Part shown: positions 16,687 through 25,176 of the stretch, one piece after another | Numbering within the stretch: the stretch's first letter is position 1 | How the letters are laid out: every line of letters starts with the position of its first letter | Origin: Candidatus Parcubacteria bacterium | GTDB taxonomy: Bacteria > Patescibacteriota > Minisyncoccia > Phycocordibacterales > UBA918 | Assembly: GCA_046049585.1 (NCBI GenBank) | Contig: JBJORD010000028.1 | Span: 1-34,396, forward strand | DNA length: 34,396 nucleotides | Direction: 5' to 3' | Notes under the pieces: generated by a model | Database searches by the model: none | Seen by the model: only the letters and a program-made list of their open reading frames with translations | Told to the model about the DNA's origin: nothing | Translations under genes and position numbers: made by a program

Positions 16687-16720
16687 GAAAAAGCCACCCT
16701 ATGGTGGCTTTTTCTTTATT
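16687..16720 (+). terminator. Rho-independent terminator after rpmG
   Basis: GAAAAAGCCACC-CTAT-GGTGGCTTTTTC followed by TTTATT. Confidence 0.75.
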
Positions 16721-16761
16721 GACTTCCTATAGTCATCTCATCAAAAAAGGCTCCCTCTGAC

Positions 16762-16800
16762 CACAAAAAGAAATCCCGCCAGGCGGGATTTCTTTTTGTG
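16762..16800 (-). terminator. 18-bp perfect hairpin terminator after fba (bidirectional type)
   Basis: CACAAAAAGAAATCCCGC-CAG-GCGGGATTTCTTTTTGTG, 4 nt beyond the fba stop. Confidence 0.75.
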
Positions 16801-16804
16801 AGCG

Positions 16805-17830
16805 TTACTTTAGAATTTGATCAGCGGTTACTTCGTATTTGCCCTGACTAGCCAAGCTATTCATCTTGCAGGCGTGGACAAGTACCTTTTGTGCTTGCTC
16901 AGCATTTTCTGGTTTACCTTGCCAGGCCAACAAGAAAGGTTCTTCAATGGCCCGTGAGTAAGAGTAGGTCATCGGCCATGGTTGAGCACCGAGCTTCGCA
17001 ATGGCATTGAGGTTTTCGGTTGAACGCTTTGGTGACTGCCCACCAGACAAAAAGACAATCCCCCCCACCTCGTATGGTACCGCCATATGGAAGGTACGCA
17101 TGGTGGCGTTAGCTACCTCTCCTGGTGTTGATTGATCACGGCAGGTATCACCAGCCAAAACCATAGATGATTTCAGGATGAGTCCCCCGAGGTCTACTTT
17201 GTACTTCATGAGGGTCTGGAACAAAATTTGGAGGGCACGAGTAGTAACTACTTCAGCGCGTGCGATAGTGTGGTCACCAGCAAAAATTACTTCTGGCTCA
17301 ACCATCGGAACAATGCCGCACCGTTGTGCGATCTGTGCATATCTGGTCAAGAGCAATGCATTCATCTCAAGAGCGGCATCAGTAGGAGTATCTCGATCAA
17401 TATTTACTACCGCCCGCCACTTGGCAAAACGGGCACCCATATCTGCGTACTCAATAAAACGTTGTTCTAGTCCATCAAGCCCTTCTGTTACCACTTCACC
17501 AGGGAAATTTTCGAGGTCTTTGGTACCTAGGTCTACTTTGATACCGGGCAAAATACCCTTGGCGGTCAACACATCTGGAAACGGTACACCACTATCAGTA
17601 GCAGTACGCATTGAAGAATCGTACATGATTACGCCCGACAGATACTCCTCGATACCTGGCGCGGTAAAAAGTAACTCGCGAAAATCTTGACGGTTTTCTC
17701 CACTGTTGGGTAGATGGACCATTTCCAATCTTTTCCCAGCAGTGTTATCACTCTCATCAGCGGCTAATATTCCCTTACCTGGTGCCATCATGGCAGCTAC
17801 AGTTTCGTACAATGTTGTTTGTGTGTTCAT
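16805..17830 (-). CDS. fba: Fructose-bisphosphate aldolase, class I
   Basis: Contains GKGILAADESDNTAGKRL, VPMVEPEV, and LILKSSMV (Schiff-base Lys region). The ATG at 17830 is preferred because TGgTATGCT lies 9 nt upstream and residues upstream of it are non-homologous. Confidence 0.88.
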   Translation of the reverse strand: MNTQTTLYETVAAMMAPGKGILAADESDNTAGKRLEMVHLPNSGENRQDFRELLFTAPGIEEYLSGVIMYDSSMRTATDSGVPFPDVLTAKGILPGIKVDLGTKDLENFPGEVVTEGLDGLEQRFIEYADMGARFAKWRAVVNIDRDTPTDAALEMNALLLTRYAQIAQRCGIVPMVEPEVIFAGDHTIARAEVVTTRALQILFQTLMKYKVDLGGLILKSSMVLAGDTCRDQSTPGEVANATMRTFHMAVPYEVGGIVFLSGGQSPKRSTENLNAIAKLGAQPWPMTYSYSRAIEEPFLLAWQGKPENAEQAQKVLVHACKMNSLASQGKYEVTADQILK

Positions 17831-17886
17831 ACTGGTATTAGCATACCAGGTAGTAGTACGGTATAGGTGTACCCCTGTGCAAAAAG

Positions 17887-18669
17887 CTAGGCACGTATCT
17901 TCCAACCACGTTTGAATATTTGTGTCACCAAAACACCAAGTCCTACCACCAATCCAAGAATCACAAAGAGTCCGACTGAAGAATTTGCTTCACTGTAGCC
18001 AATCATACTGCTTCGAATTCCGTCAGCGAAATAGAAAAATGGATTGTAAGTCGTGATGGCAGCAGCCAATGGTGGCAGCATCGTAATCGAATAAAATATC
18101 CCACCCAGATATGTCAGTGGTGTGATCACAAATGTATTCAGCACCTGCAGTTGCTCAAAACTCTCAGCCCACAACGCTACGATAATGCCAAGCATCGCAA
18201 AGATCGCAGCAATCGCACTCACATATAGTAAGAAGGCTATTGGATGGACCAAAGACACCGCCCCAAACAAGACCCCGACCACCAAGATAAGACCCGCCAC
18301 CATAACAGCACGAGCGACCGCACTCCCCACAAACCCTACTAACATTTCCACATATGAGAACGGGGTGATGAGAATCTCTTCTATACCCCGGGTAAAGCGC
18401 ATAAAGTACAAGGCTGATGAGGCGCTCGAGAAAGACGCGTTGATGATCGAAAGCATAAGTACACCGGGGAACACAAAGGTAATGTAGGGTACACCCGCAA
18501 AGTCATTAATCTGTGAACCGATGACTGTCCCGAAAATAAAGATATAGAGAGCAGCCGACACTACTGGCGCAATCAGGGTTTGTACCACCACCCGCATGGT
18601 GCGTTTTACTTCACGTCGCACCATCGTATAAAGTCCAATCCAATTTGTTGTCATAATATTGTAATACAT
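17887..18669 (-). CDS. ABC-2 type transporter permease
   Basis: Six-TM protein with an ABC-2 layout. It lies downstream of an ABC ATPase. The start is 18669 or 18654. Confidence 0.82.
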   Translation of the reverse strand: MYYNIMTTNWIGLYTMVRREVKRTMRVVVQTLIAPVVSAALYIFIFGTVIGSQINDFAGVPYITFVFPGVLMLSIINASFSSASSALYFMRFTRGIEEILITPFSYVEMLVGFVGSAVARAVMVAGLILVVGVLFGAVSLVHPIAFLLYVSAIAAIFAMLGIIVALWAESFEQLQVLNTFVITPLTYLGGIFYSITMLPPLAAAITTYNPFFYFADGIRSSMIGYSEANSSVGLFVILGLVVGLGVLVTQIFKRGWKIRA

Positions 18670-18677
18670 ACACCAGA

Positions 18678-18787
18678 GACTCCTGGCTACTAGTACTTTC
18701 TGCAGGCCTCGCGGAAGTTTGCTTTTGAAAGCAAACTGAGCGGAGAACTTGATTCGTGCCTGAAGAAAGTACTAGTAGCCAGGAGTC
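18678..18787. repeat. 110-bp inverted-repeat element (30-bp arms, 1 mismatch) in the 148-bp gap between the two ABC genes
   Basis: GACTCCTGGCTACTAGTACTTTCTGCAGGC (18678-18707) pairs with GCCTGAAGAAAGTACTAGTAGCCAGGAGTC (18758-18787). An inner hairpin AGTTTGC...GCAAACT lies at 18716-18737. Confidence 0.85.
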
Positions 18788-18817
18788 GCATCACTTGCAA
18801 TAAAAGCACGTAATGGT

Positions 18818-19555
18818 TTATTTTTGTAAAAGCTCCAAATACTTCTCTTCCACCGATTTCCCTCCCGCCATAAAGTCAGTCTTGGTGCCGTTCCAAATAA
18901 TCTGACCGTGATTAATGACTGCAATCATATTGCAAAGTTGTTGAATTTCTTCGAGATAATGTGAGGTAAGGATAATGGTAGTACCGGCATCATTAAGCTC
19001 TTTTAGGTATGCCCACAAATCGCGACGCTGCTCGACATCAACCCCAGCGGTTGGTTCGTCGAGAATGAGGAGTCCTGGCATATGCACCAGCGCTCGCCCG
19101 AGCATGGCACGACGCTTTAACCCACCAGATAACTTTTGAAATTTGACGTTCCGATGTTCTTCGAGATCAAAGCGGTCAATAAGTTCATTCACGCGACGTA
19201 TACGATCTTCGTGCGGGATACCATAGTACCCGCCCATATAGTCCATCAGTTCTGTCGGTGTCGAAAAAATATCAACATTAAATTCCTGCGGTGACAGACC
19301 GACCTTGGTACGTGCTAGTTTGTACTCAGTAACAACGTTTGTTCCGTCGATAGTTATCGTACCCGACGTTGGTTGCGCAATGCCGGTCAAACAATGAATA
19401 GTCGACGACTTGCCTGCCCCATTTGGACCAAGGAGACCAAAAAACGATCCTCGTGGTATCGACAATGTAATGCCGTCCACCGCCCGCTTTGCTTTCGCTC
19501 CGGTTCCATACACTTTTACTAAATCCGTAATCGTCACCATGGGTTTTTCTGTCAT
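18818..19555 (-). CDS. ABC transporter ATP-binding protein
   Basis: It has Walker A GPNGAGKSS, signature LSGGLKRR and Walker B LLILDEPTAGVD. The ATG at 19555 (MTEKPMVTITDL) is preferred. The ORF-track extension to 19771 crosses the divergent promoter region. Confidence 0.9.
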   Translation of the reverse strand: MTEKPMVTITDLVKVYGTGAKAKRAVDGITLSIPRGSFFGLLGPNGAGKSSTIHCLTGIAQPTSGTITIDGTNVVTEYKLARTKVGLSPQEFNVDIFSTPTELMDYMGGYYGIPHEDRIRRVNELIDRFDLEEHRNVKFQKLSGGLKRRAMLGRALVHMPGLLILDEPTAGVDVEQRRDLWAYLKELNDAGTTIILTSHYLEEIQQLCNMIAVINHGQIIWNGTKTDFMAGGKSVEEKYLELLQK

Positions 19556-19668
19556 GTGTACAGTATAGCAGAAATATGGTGAGCACAGAGAATCAGGGAC
19601 AAAGCCATCAGTAATTCTAAAACAATTCAAGATTAGAATATTTGAGGCTTTTCTGATATGGTTTTCTG

Positions 19669-20511
19669 GTGAAAAATCAAGAATACGATTGGCTACTGCG
19701 AGAAAAGTATCATGGTGAAAAAAGTGAGGCTTTTTTAGCTGATTGTGCCCGTATGGAGTCAGGCGTGCCATTAGCTTATATCATAGGGTCGATACCCTTT
19801 TTGGACTGCACTATTTATCTGGACTCCCATCCCCTCATTCCCCGCACCGAAACTGAGTGGTGGGTCGAGCAAGCTATTTCAGTCGTTCGTAATACAATAC
19901 AATCGACTCACTCGGTAGCAGTTACGAAGTCTCCGCAGCGAAAATACTCTGAGCGAGGACGGGCTTCGGAACTGCTACCGAGTGAGTTACATTACCAGGT
20001 CCTTGATCTCTGTGCAGGTAGTGGTGCGATAGGCGTGGCAGTAGCCAAAGCAATACCTGAGGCAGTAGTGACCTTTGCCGAAATTGACCCCAACCACCTG
20101 CCGACTATCCAAAAGAATCTTACAGAAAATACTTTCATATATGAAAGTATTAAATATCCAGTTATTGAGAGTGATGTATTCTCGAATGTAACAGGGACGT
20201 TTGATTTTATTCTCACAAACCCGCCATACATTGATGCCAAGGCTAATACTGTTGACGCATCTGTCATAGCACACGAGCCACACCTCGCTCTCTTTGGTGG
20301 TATTGGTGGCATGGAGATCATTGCTCGTATTATTACTGACGCCCGAGCGTACCTTACGCCGCAGATCGGACAACTCTGGATTGAGCATGAACCATTCCAA
20401 GCGGACGCCATCATGGAGATAGCACAATTACACGGATTTGAGTCGGTGACCTATACCGATCAATACGGCACAGTGCGCTATAGCATCCTTACGTTACCTG
20501 TGGCAAAATAA
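19669..20511 (+). CDS. prmC: Release-factor glutamine N5-methyltransferase (HemK/PrmC) carrying two in-frame palindromic segments
   Basis: Contains LIPRTETEWWVE, the SAM motif VLDLCAGSGAIG, the catalytic NPPY (ILTNPPYI) and HEPHLALFGG. The start is GTG. Confidence 0.85.
   Translation: MKNQEYDWLLREKYHGEKSEAFLADCARMESGVPLAYIIGSIPFLDCTIYLDSHPLIPRTETEWWVEQAISVVRNTIQSTHSVAVTKSPQRKYSERGRASELLPSELHYQVLDLCAGSGAIGVAVAKAIPEAVVTFAEIDPNHLPTIQKNLTENTFIYESIKYPVIESDVFSNVTGTFDFILTNPPYIDAKANTVDASVIAHEPHLALFGGIGGMEIIARIITDARAYLTPQIGQLWIEHEPFQADAIMEIAQLHGFESVTYTDQYGTVRYSILTLPVAK
19906..19987. repeat. 82-bp hairpin element inside the prmC reading frame (18-bp perfect arms plus a 5-bp inner stem)
   Basis: ACTCACTCGGTAGCAGTT (19906-19923) pairs with AACTGCTACCGAGTGAGT (19970-19987). 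CGAAG (19925-19929) pairs with CTTCG (19964-19968). Confidence 0.85.
20128..20151. repeat. 24-bp perfect palindrome AATACTTTCATA|TATGAAAGTATT (copy 2), in-frame in prmC
   Basis: Read directly from the sequence. It equals exactly 8 codons (N T F I Y E S I). Confidence 0.9.
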
Positions 20512-20516
20512 CTGGT

Positions 20517-20720
20517 ATGACATCTTTTGATTTAGCCCCTTTCCTGCAGATTGGTTTTTACTTGTTTGCCATTTTGTACGCTATTTTTAGCGCTGTGTTG
20601 TTTTATCACTGGCAGAACTTTTCGATGTCGCGCCTGGTCACCACACAAACATACATAGCCTACGGAGTTACGAGTGTACCGTTGTTATTAATCATGGGAG
20701 TGATTGCTTTTGCTGGATAA
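20517..20720 (+). CDS. Small two-TM membrane protein (67 aa)
   Basis: It has two hydrophobic helices. It starts 5 nt after prmC and abuts the bPH-domain gene (a YdbS/YdbT-like pairing). Confidence 0.5.
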   Translation: MTSFDLAPFLQIGFYLFAILYAIFSAVLFYHWQNFSMSRLVTTQTYIAYGVTSVPLLLIMGVIAFAG

Positions 20721-20724
20721 ATAT

Positions 20725-21288
20725 ATGCTACACGACGAAATCGAACTCGAAGTAGGTGAAACAGTGATGAAAACTGTCCGCAAACATTGGTTTGTTATTA
20801 CTATTGAAATGGTAGCGATTGTGATAATGGGGCTGGTACCCGTGATTGGTTGTATTATTCTCTTAAACCTACCCTACAACCAAGCCACAACGGTTTTGTT
20901 TGAAGAGAATTTGCCCGTCTTATTGTTTGGTCTAGCTGGATGGCTCCTTATGTCGGTCATGGCCACTGTTGTAGCCTGGACACACTACTACCTTGATCTC
21001 TGGATTATCACCGACCGTCGTATCATTGTGATCGAACAAGTGAGTTTCTTCAATCGCAAAGTGAGCAACTTTCGACTCGAACGTATGCAGGATATCAAAG
21101 TCACCATCAAAGGTATCATTCCGACGCTACTTAATTACGGTACTGTGCGTGCTCAGACAGCTAGTGCCGCTGAAAGTAACTTCACTTCACCAGGTCTCCC
21201 TGATCCACGCGGGTTACAGTCACTTATTCAGACAGCTATGGACGCCCGCCTCAAGGCACTTGGTGACGCTCCAATAATGGCAGACTAA
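20725..21288 (+). CDS. Membrane protein with a bacterial PH (bPH_2/YdbT-like) domain
   Basis: It has two TM helices followed by YLDLWIITDRRIIVIEQVSFFNRKVSNFRLERMQDIKV, typical of the bPH fold. The TTG at 20704 is an alternative start. Confidence 0.68.
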   Translation: MLHDEIELEVGETVMKTVRKHWFVITIEMVAIVIMGLVPVIGCIILLNLPYNQATTVLFEENLPVLLFGLAGWLLMSVMATVVAWTHYYLDLWIITDRRIIVIEQVSFFNRKVSNFRLERMQDIKVTIKGIIPTLLNYGTVRAQTASAAESNFTSPGLPDPRGLQSLIQTAMDARLKALGDAPIMAD

Positions 21289-21397
21289 AAAGAAAACAGA
21301 TCCCAAAAAAAACCTGTGATATTTTGTTGCAAGACTTGGCCGAGCAGCCCGGAGCACAACAAAATATGGTGGGTATTTTTGATTTTGGGTAATGTCA

Positions 21398-21426
21398 TTG
21401 CAAATACAACAATTTTCCCCTAGAAT
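21398..21426 (+). promoter_or_regulatory. hisS promoter TTGCAA-N17-TAGAAT
   Basis: TTGCAA at 21398-21403, a 17-nt spacer, and TAGAAT at 21421-21426. The ATG lies 7 nt downstream with no SD, which predicts a leaderless transcript. Confidence 0.6.
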
Positions 21427-21433
21427 CAAGGAT

Positions 21434-22696
21434 ATGGCAGACAAATTCTTGACCACCGACTCATACAAAGGAGTGCGGGATTTTTATCCAGAAGACATGG
21501 CGATACAGCGCTACATCTTTGATGTATGGAGCCATACAGCTGAAAGTTTTGGGTATGAACGGTATGATGCGTCGGTACTCGAACCGTCAGAGCTATACAA
21601 GAGTAAAGGGGCGGAAAACGAGGAGATGGTTAATGAGCAGACCTACACCTTTGTTGATCGTGGCGAGCGCGAAGTAACCCTTCGTCCCGAAATGACTCCA
21701 ACCGTTGCCCGCATGGTGGCTGGTCGACGACGTGAACTGTCTTTCCCGATTCGTTGGTACAGTATCCCAAACCTTTTCCGTTACGAACGTCCCCAGCGTG
21801 GCCGCTTGCGCGAACACTGGCAACTCAACTGCGACATGTTTGGCTCTGCTGACTACACCGCTGATGTTGAAGTAATCGCTCTAGCCAGTCAACTAATCCG
21901 TAACTTCGGGGCCGATGATTCCCTCTTTGAAATCCGTATCAATGATCGCGCCGAAATGCGAGGCAAATACAATACTCTAGGTGTCAGCGATATTAGAACC
22001 CAAGACAGCATCACCCGCCTCAACGACCGCTTCCACAAAATTTCTGCCGCCGAGTACAAAGCTGCCCTGACTGATATTGTTACGGACCAAGCTATCGTAG
22101 ACAATGTCTACACCCTTGTTTCTGGTGGCGATACTACTGACACCAACCAAGTGGTCGAAGGTTTGCGCGCGCTTGGTATCACAAATGTAAAAATCGATCG
22201 CTCGATTGCTCGCGGCTTTAATTACTACACAGGCACCATTTTTGAGATCTTTGATGTCTCTAGCGAAAACAACCGTTCAATGTTGGGTGGCGGACGCTAC
22301 GACAACCTCACGAGCATGTTTAGTCCTGAACCTATTTCTGGTATCGGATTTGGTATGGGTGATGTTACTATGCGCGACTTCCTCGAAACTCACGATCTAG
22401 TGACTGCAAGCATTACTGCCCCTACCGTTATGGTTGTTCCGATGACTACAACAGAGAATTTGGTAGCTCAACAAATCGCTGCGACTATTCGTTCCAAAGA
22501 GATATCTGTAGCAACGGACATTGGTACCCGAAAGATTGGCAAAAAAATCAGTGACGCAGCCGATCGATTAGTTGAGTACATTCTTGTTGTTGGTGAAGAC
22601 GAAGTAAAAAGCGGTACTTATACGCTCAAGAACCTGCTCGAAGAAAGTACAACGAGAGGCACTCTAGACGAATTTATCATTCAATTAACTGAATAG
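21434..22696 (+). CDS. hisS: Histidine--tRNA ligase
   Basis: Contains GVRDFYPEDM, LRPEMTPTVARM, YSIPNLFRYERPQRGRLREHWQ and GGGRYDNL (class II motifs 1-3 plus the HisRS signatures). Confidence 0.92.
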   Translation: MADKFLTTDSYKGVRDFYPEDMAIQRYIFDVWSHTAESFGYERYDASVLEPSELYKSKGAENEEMVNEQTYTFVDRGEREVTLRPEMTPTVARMVAGRRRELSFPIRWYSIPNLFRYERPQRGRLREHWQLNCDMFGSADYTADVEVIALASQLIRNFGADDSLFEIRINDRAEMRGKYNTLGVSDIRTQDSITRLNDRFHKISAAEYKAALTDIVTDQAIVDNVYTLVSGGDTTDTNQVVEGLRALGITNVKIDRSIARGFNYYTGTIFEIFDVSSENNRSMLGGGRYDNLTSMFSPEPISGIGFGMGDVTMRDFLETHDLVTASITAPTVMVVPMTTTENLVAQQIAATIRSKEISVATDIGTRKIGKKISDAADRLVEYILVVGEDEVKSGTYTLKNLLEESTTRGTLDEFIIQLTE

Positions 22697-22717
22697 TAAC
22701 ATATAATCACCAACATT

Positions 22718-22745
22718 GGACCGTCACTGATGGAAACGGTCCTTT
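22718..22745 (+). terminator. Hairpin terminator after hisS
   Basis: GGACCGT-11 nt-ACGGTCC followed by TTT. Confidence 0.45.
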
Positions 22746-22764
22746 GTGGTATACTGACGGCCAT

Positions 22765-23340
22765 ATGCGCTACATCGTGTTTGACTTAGAAACCCAGAAT
22801 ACCTTTGAAGAAGTGGGTTCAAGCGACCCAACGGCACTTGATATATCGGTCGCCACTTTTTATGACAGTGCTACCGATAAGTATACTACCCTAACTATTG
22901 ATGAACTTGACCAAGCCTGGCCGATTATCGAGCAAGCTGACGCCCTGGTTGGTTACAACAGTAACCACTTTGATATCCCTCTCCTCAACAAGTACTATCC
23001 CGGTGATCTTACCCATATCAAAAGCATCGATCTCCTTGAAAGTATTCGATCATCACTAGGTCGACGACTACGTCTTGATAGTGTGGCTGAGGCAACAGTA
23101 GGAGCCAAAAAATCTGCCCACGGTCTTCAGGCTGTCCGCTGGTGGAAAGAAGGCAAAATCAATGAGATCAAAAAATACTGCGAGCAAGACGTAAAGGTCA
23201 CCAAAAAGGTATTTGATTACGCTATGACATATGGTCACGTAAAATTCAAAGATGGTAGCCGCAAACGCGAAATCCCCCTCGATATCTCAACCTGGATGAT
23301 CAAAGAAGACGCCGCGATGACCCACTCTTTACTTTTTTAA
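22765..23340 (+). CDS. DEDDy-type 3'-5' exonuclease / RNase H-like fold protein
   Basis: It has Exo motifs IVFDLETQ, GYNSNHFDIPLL and YCEQDVKVT. TGgTATACT lies 9 nt upstream of the ATG at 22765. Confidence 0.68.
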   Translation: MRYIVFDLETQNTFEEVGSSDPTALDISVATFYDSATDKYTTLTIDELDQAWPIIEQADALVGYNSNHFDIPLLNKYYPGDLTHIKSIDLLESIRSSLGRRLRLDSVAEATVGAKKSAHGLQAVRWWKEGKINEIKKYCEQDVKVTKKVFDYAMTYGHVKFKDGSRKREIPLDISTWMIKEDAAMTHSLLF

Positions 23341-23348
23341 ATACCCCC

Positions 23349-23374
23349 ACAAAACCGTGCGCGGTTTTGTTTTA
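23349..23374 (+). terminator. Rho-independent terminator
   Basis: ACAAAACCG-TGCG-CGGTTTTGT followed by TTTTA. Confidence 0.7.
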
Positions 23375-23412
23375 AAATTCATATCTCATTCTATAAGATG
23401 TAGTGTTAAAAG

Positions 23413-23520
23413 CCTCAAAATTTTTAAAGACGAGGCACGTGAGCAAAGTAAGCGGAGGCGTACTTTTTGTACGTTGACGATTACTTTGTGAGACGTAACG
23501 AAGTATTTGGAGATTTTGTG
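23413..23520. repeat. ~108-bp imperfect long hairpin downstream of uppP
   Basis: Nested stems: CGTAC/GTACG (23459-23473), CAAAGTAA/TTACTTTG (23444-23451 / 23481-23488), ACGT/ACGT, and CTCAAAAT/ATTTTGTG. The pairing was judged by eye only. Confidence 0.3.
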
Positions 23521-23524
23521 ACTT

Positions 23525-24334
23525 TTAACTCAGGGCGAAGATGTAGATGACTAAAAGAGCCAACATAACCCGATACCAAATAAATGGCCACAATGAGTAA
23601 CGTCGCACGAACGAAATCATAAAATGTATTGCTAGGAGACCAATGAGGAAAGCGGTGATAGCTCCTGCCGCTACAGCACCCCAAGCAACGACGTCACCAG
23701 AAGAAATCAAATCAAGCAGCTTCTTTGCTCCGGCCCCAAGGAGGAGGGGTACCGCCAACAAAAAACCAAAGCGCGCTGCCTCACTACGAGATAGACCGAG
23801 CAGCATCCCACCAGCAATCGTAGCACCCGAACGAGAAAAACCTGGTACCAGCGCCAGACACTGAAAGAGTCCAACCTGCAAACCTTTTTTCCAAGTCATA
23901 GTATTTTGCGGGACGGTATTATAGTAAAACCATTCAGCGTACACAAACAAGAACGAACCAGCGATCAAAGACCCTGCTACCAAAAGTGGATTGCGAAATA
24001 GTGTCGCCATGATGTCCTCGAGCAATAATCCAGCAATCACCGCCGGCACCGTACCGACCGCAAGTGCGGCCGCCATAGTGATATCGCGGTCATTGACCGG
24101 CAAGCGACTTAGTCGACGCAAGACTGCCTGGAGTAATACCCAGAGATCTTTGTGGAAATAACAAACAATGGCAGTGGCTGTTGCGAGATGGAGAATGGCG
24201 TCAAAAGCCAACGATCCCCCATTAAGAACTCCCAAAAAATCATTCGCTAACACTAAGTGCCCTGAGGAGGAAATGGGTAGAAACTCAGTAATACCTTGAA
24301 TAAATCCGAGAATGACTGCTTCAATCATTGACAT
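23525..24334 (-). CDS. uppP: Undecaprenyl-diphosphate phosphatase
   Basis: Contains GFIQGITEFLPISSSGHL and the PGFSRSGATI BacA signatures, with eight TM helices. Confidence 0.92.
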   Translation of the reverse strand: MSMIEAVILGFIQGITEFLPISSSGHLVLANDFLGVLNGGSLAFDAILHLATATAIVCYFHKDLWVLLQAVLRRLSRLPVNDRDITMAAALAVGTVPAVIAGLLLEDIMATLFRNPLLVAGSLIAGSFLFVYAEWFYYNTVPQNTMTWKKGLQVGLFQCLALVPGFSRSGATIAGGMLLGLSRSEAARFGFLLAVPLLLGAGAKKLLDLISSGDVVAWGAVAAGAITAFLIGLLAIHFMISFVRRYSLWPFIWYRVMLALLVIYIFALS

Positions 24335-24417
24335 ATGTGAGAGTATAGCACAATCGTTGTCTGTCTTGCGACATGATATACTAATTCTATTGTAAATAGT
24401 AATGATTGTTTAATACC

Positions 24418-25176
24418 ATGCCTGAAGATACATTTTCACCAAAGCAGCCCTCAACAATGAGCACCCTAGGGGTACCCATTGCGATTGTTGTTGGCTTTGC
24501 AATGATTGCCGCTGCTATCCTTTTTAGTGGGAACAATGCCACGACCCCAATTGCCCCAGTAGCAGACAGTGGCGCCGAAGAAACCACCCCAGCTAAGGTC
24601 ACTCCCGTATCAGAAACTGATTTCATCCGCGGTAATCCAAATGCTCCTATTATGGTGGTTGAGTACTCGGACTATGATTGCCCATTTTGTAAAAACTTCC
24701 ATGAGACTATGAGGTTGATCCTCGAAGACTATGGTGTGACTGGTAAAGTAGCTTGGGTCTACCGCCAATTCCCCATTGCCCAGCTACACCCCAATGCACC
24801 AAGAATCTCCGAAGCAGCCTTTTGTGTTGGTGAACTCGGCAACGATGAAGCATTTTGGAAATTTTCTGACCTAATCTTTAGTGAACGTGAAATCAATGAA
24901 CCAACAAACATGACAAGACTGCCTGAATTTGCAGAAAAGTCTGGGGTAAAACGAGCAGACTTCAATAGCTGTCTCGAAAGTGGTCGTCATAAAGTAACCG
25001 TCGAAAACAGTCTCAAAGATGGCGTACGCTCTGGCGCTCAGGGTACACCGTACTCAGTTATCCTAGTCGGTGACCAGCAAGCAGTGATCAATGGTGCACA
25101 ACCATATCCTGTTGTAAAACAAATAATTGAAAACCTCCTCACCCAACTTGAGGGAGGTACAGTCACTCCACAATAA
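24418..25176 (+). CDS. Membrane-anchored DsbA-family thiol:disulfide oxidoreductase
   Basis: It has an N-terminal TM anchor and a thioredoxin fold with active site DCPFCKNFH. It also has the GTPYSVI cis-Pro region. Confidence 0.8.
   Translation: MPEDTFSPKQPSTMSTLGVPIAIVVGFAMIAAAILFSGNNATTPIAPVADSGAEETTPAKVTPVSETDFIRGNPNAPIMVVEYSDYDCPFCKNFHETMRLILEDYGVTGKVAWVYRQFPIAQLHPNAPRISEAAFCVGELGNDEAFWKFSDLIFSEREINEPTNMTRLPEFAEKSGVKRADFNSCLESGRHKVTVENSLKDGVRSGAQGTPYSVILVGDQQAVINGAQPYPVVKQIIENLLTQLEGGTVTPQ

Noticed and set aside
19556-19771. 72-codon N-terminal extension of the ABC ATPase ORF.
   Set aside because: It crosses the divergent promoter region and the prmC start. The conserved ATPase begins at MTEKPMVTITDL (19555), with a TATACT box 6 nt upstream.
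21289-21433. Possible T-box or other riboswitch leader upstream of hisS, including a 12-bp stem with a 2-nt bulge at 21319-21367.
   Set aside because: A near-consensus promoter sits 7 nt before the ATG, leaving no room for a leader. The stem-loop is more simply a weak terminator for the upstream prmC-bPH unit.
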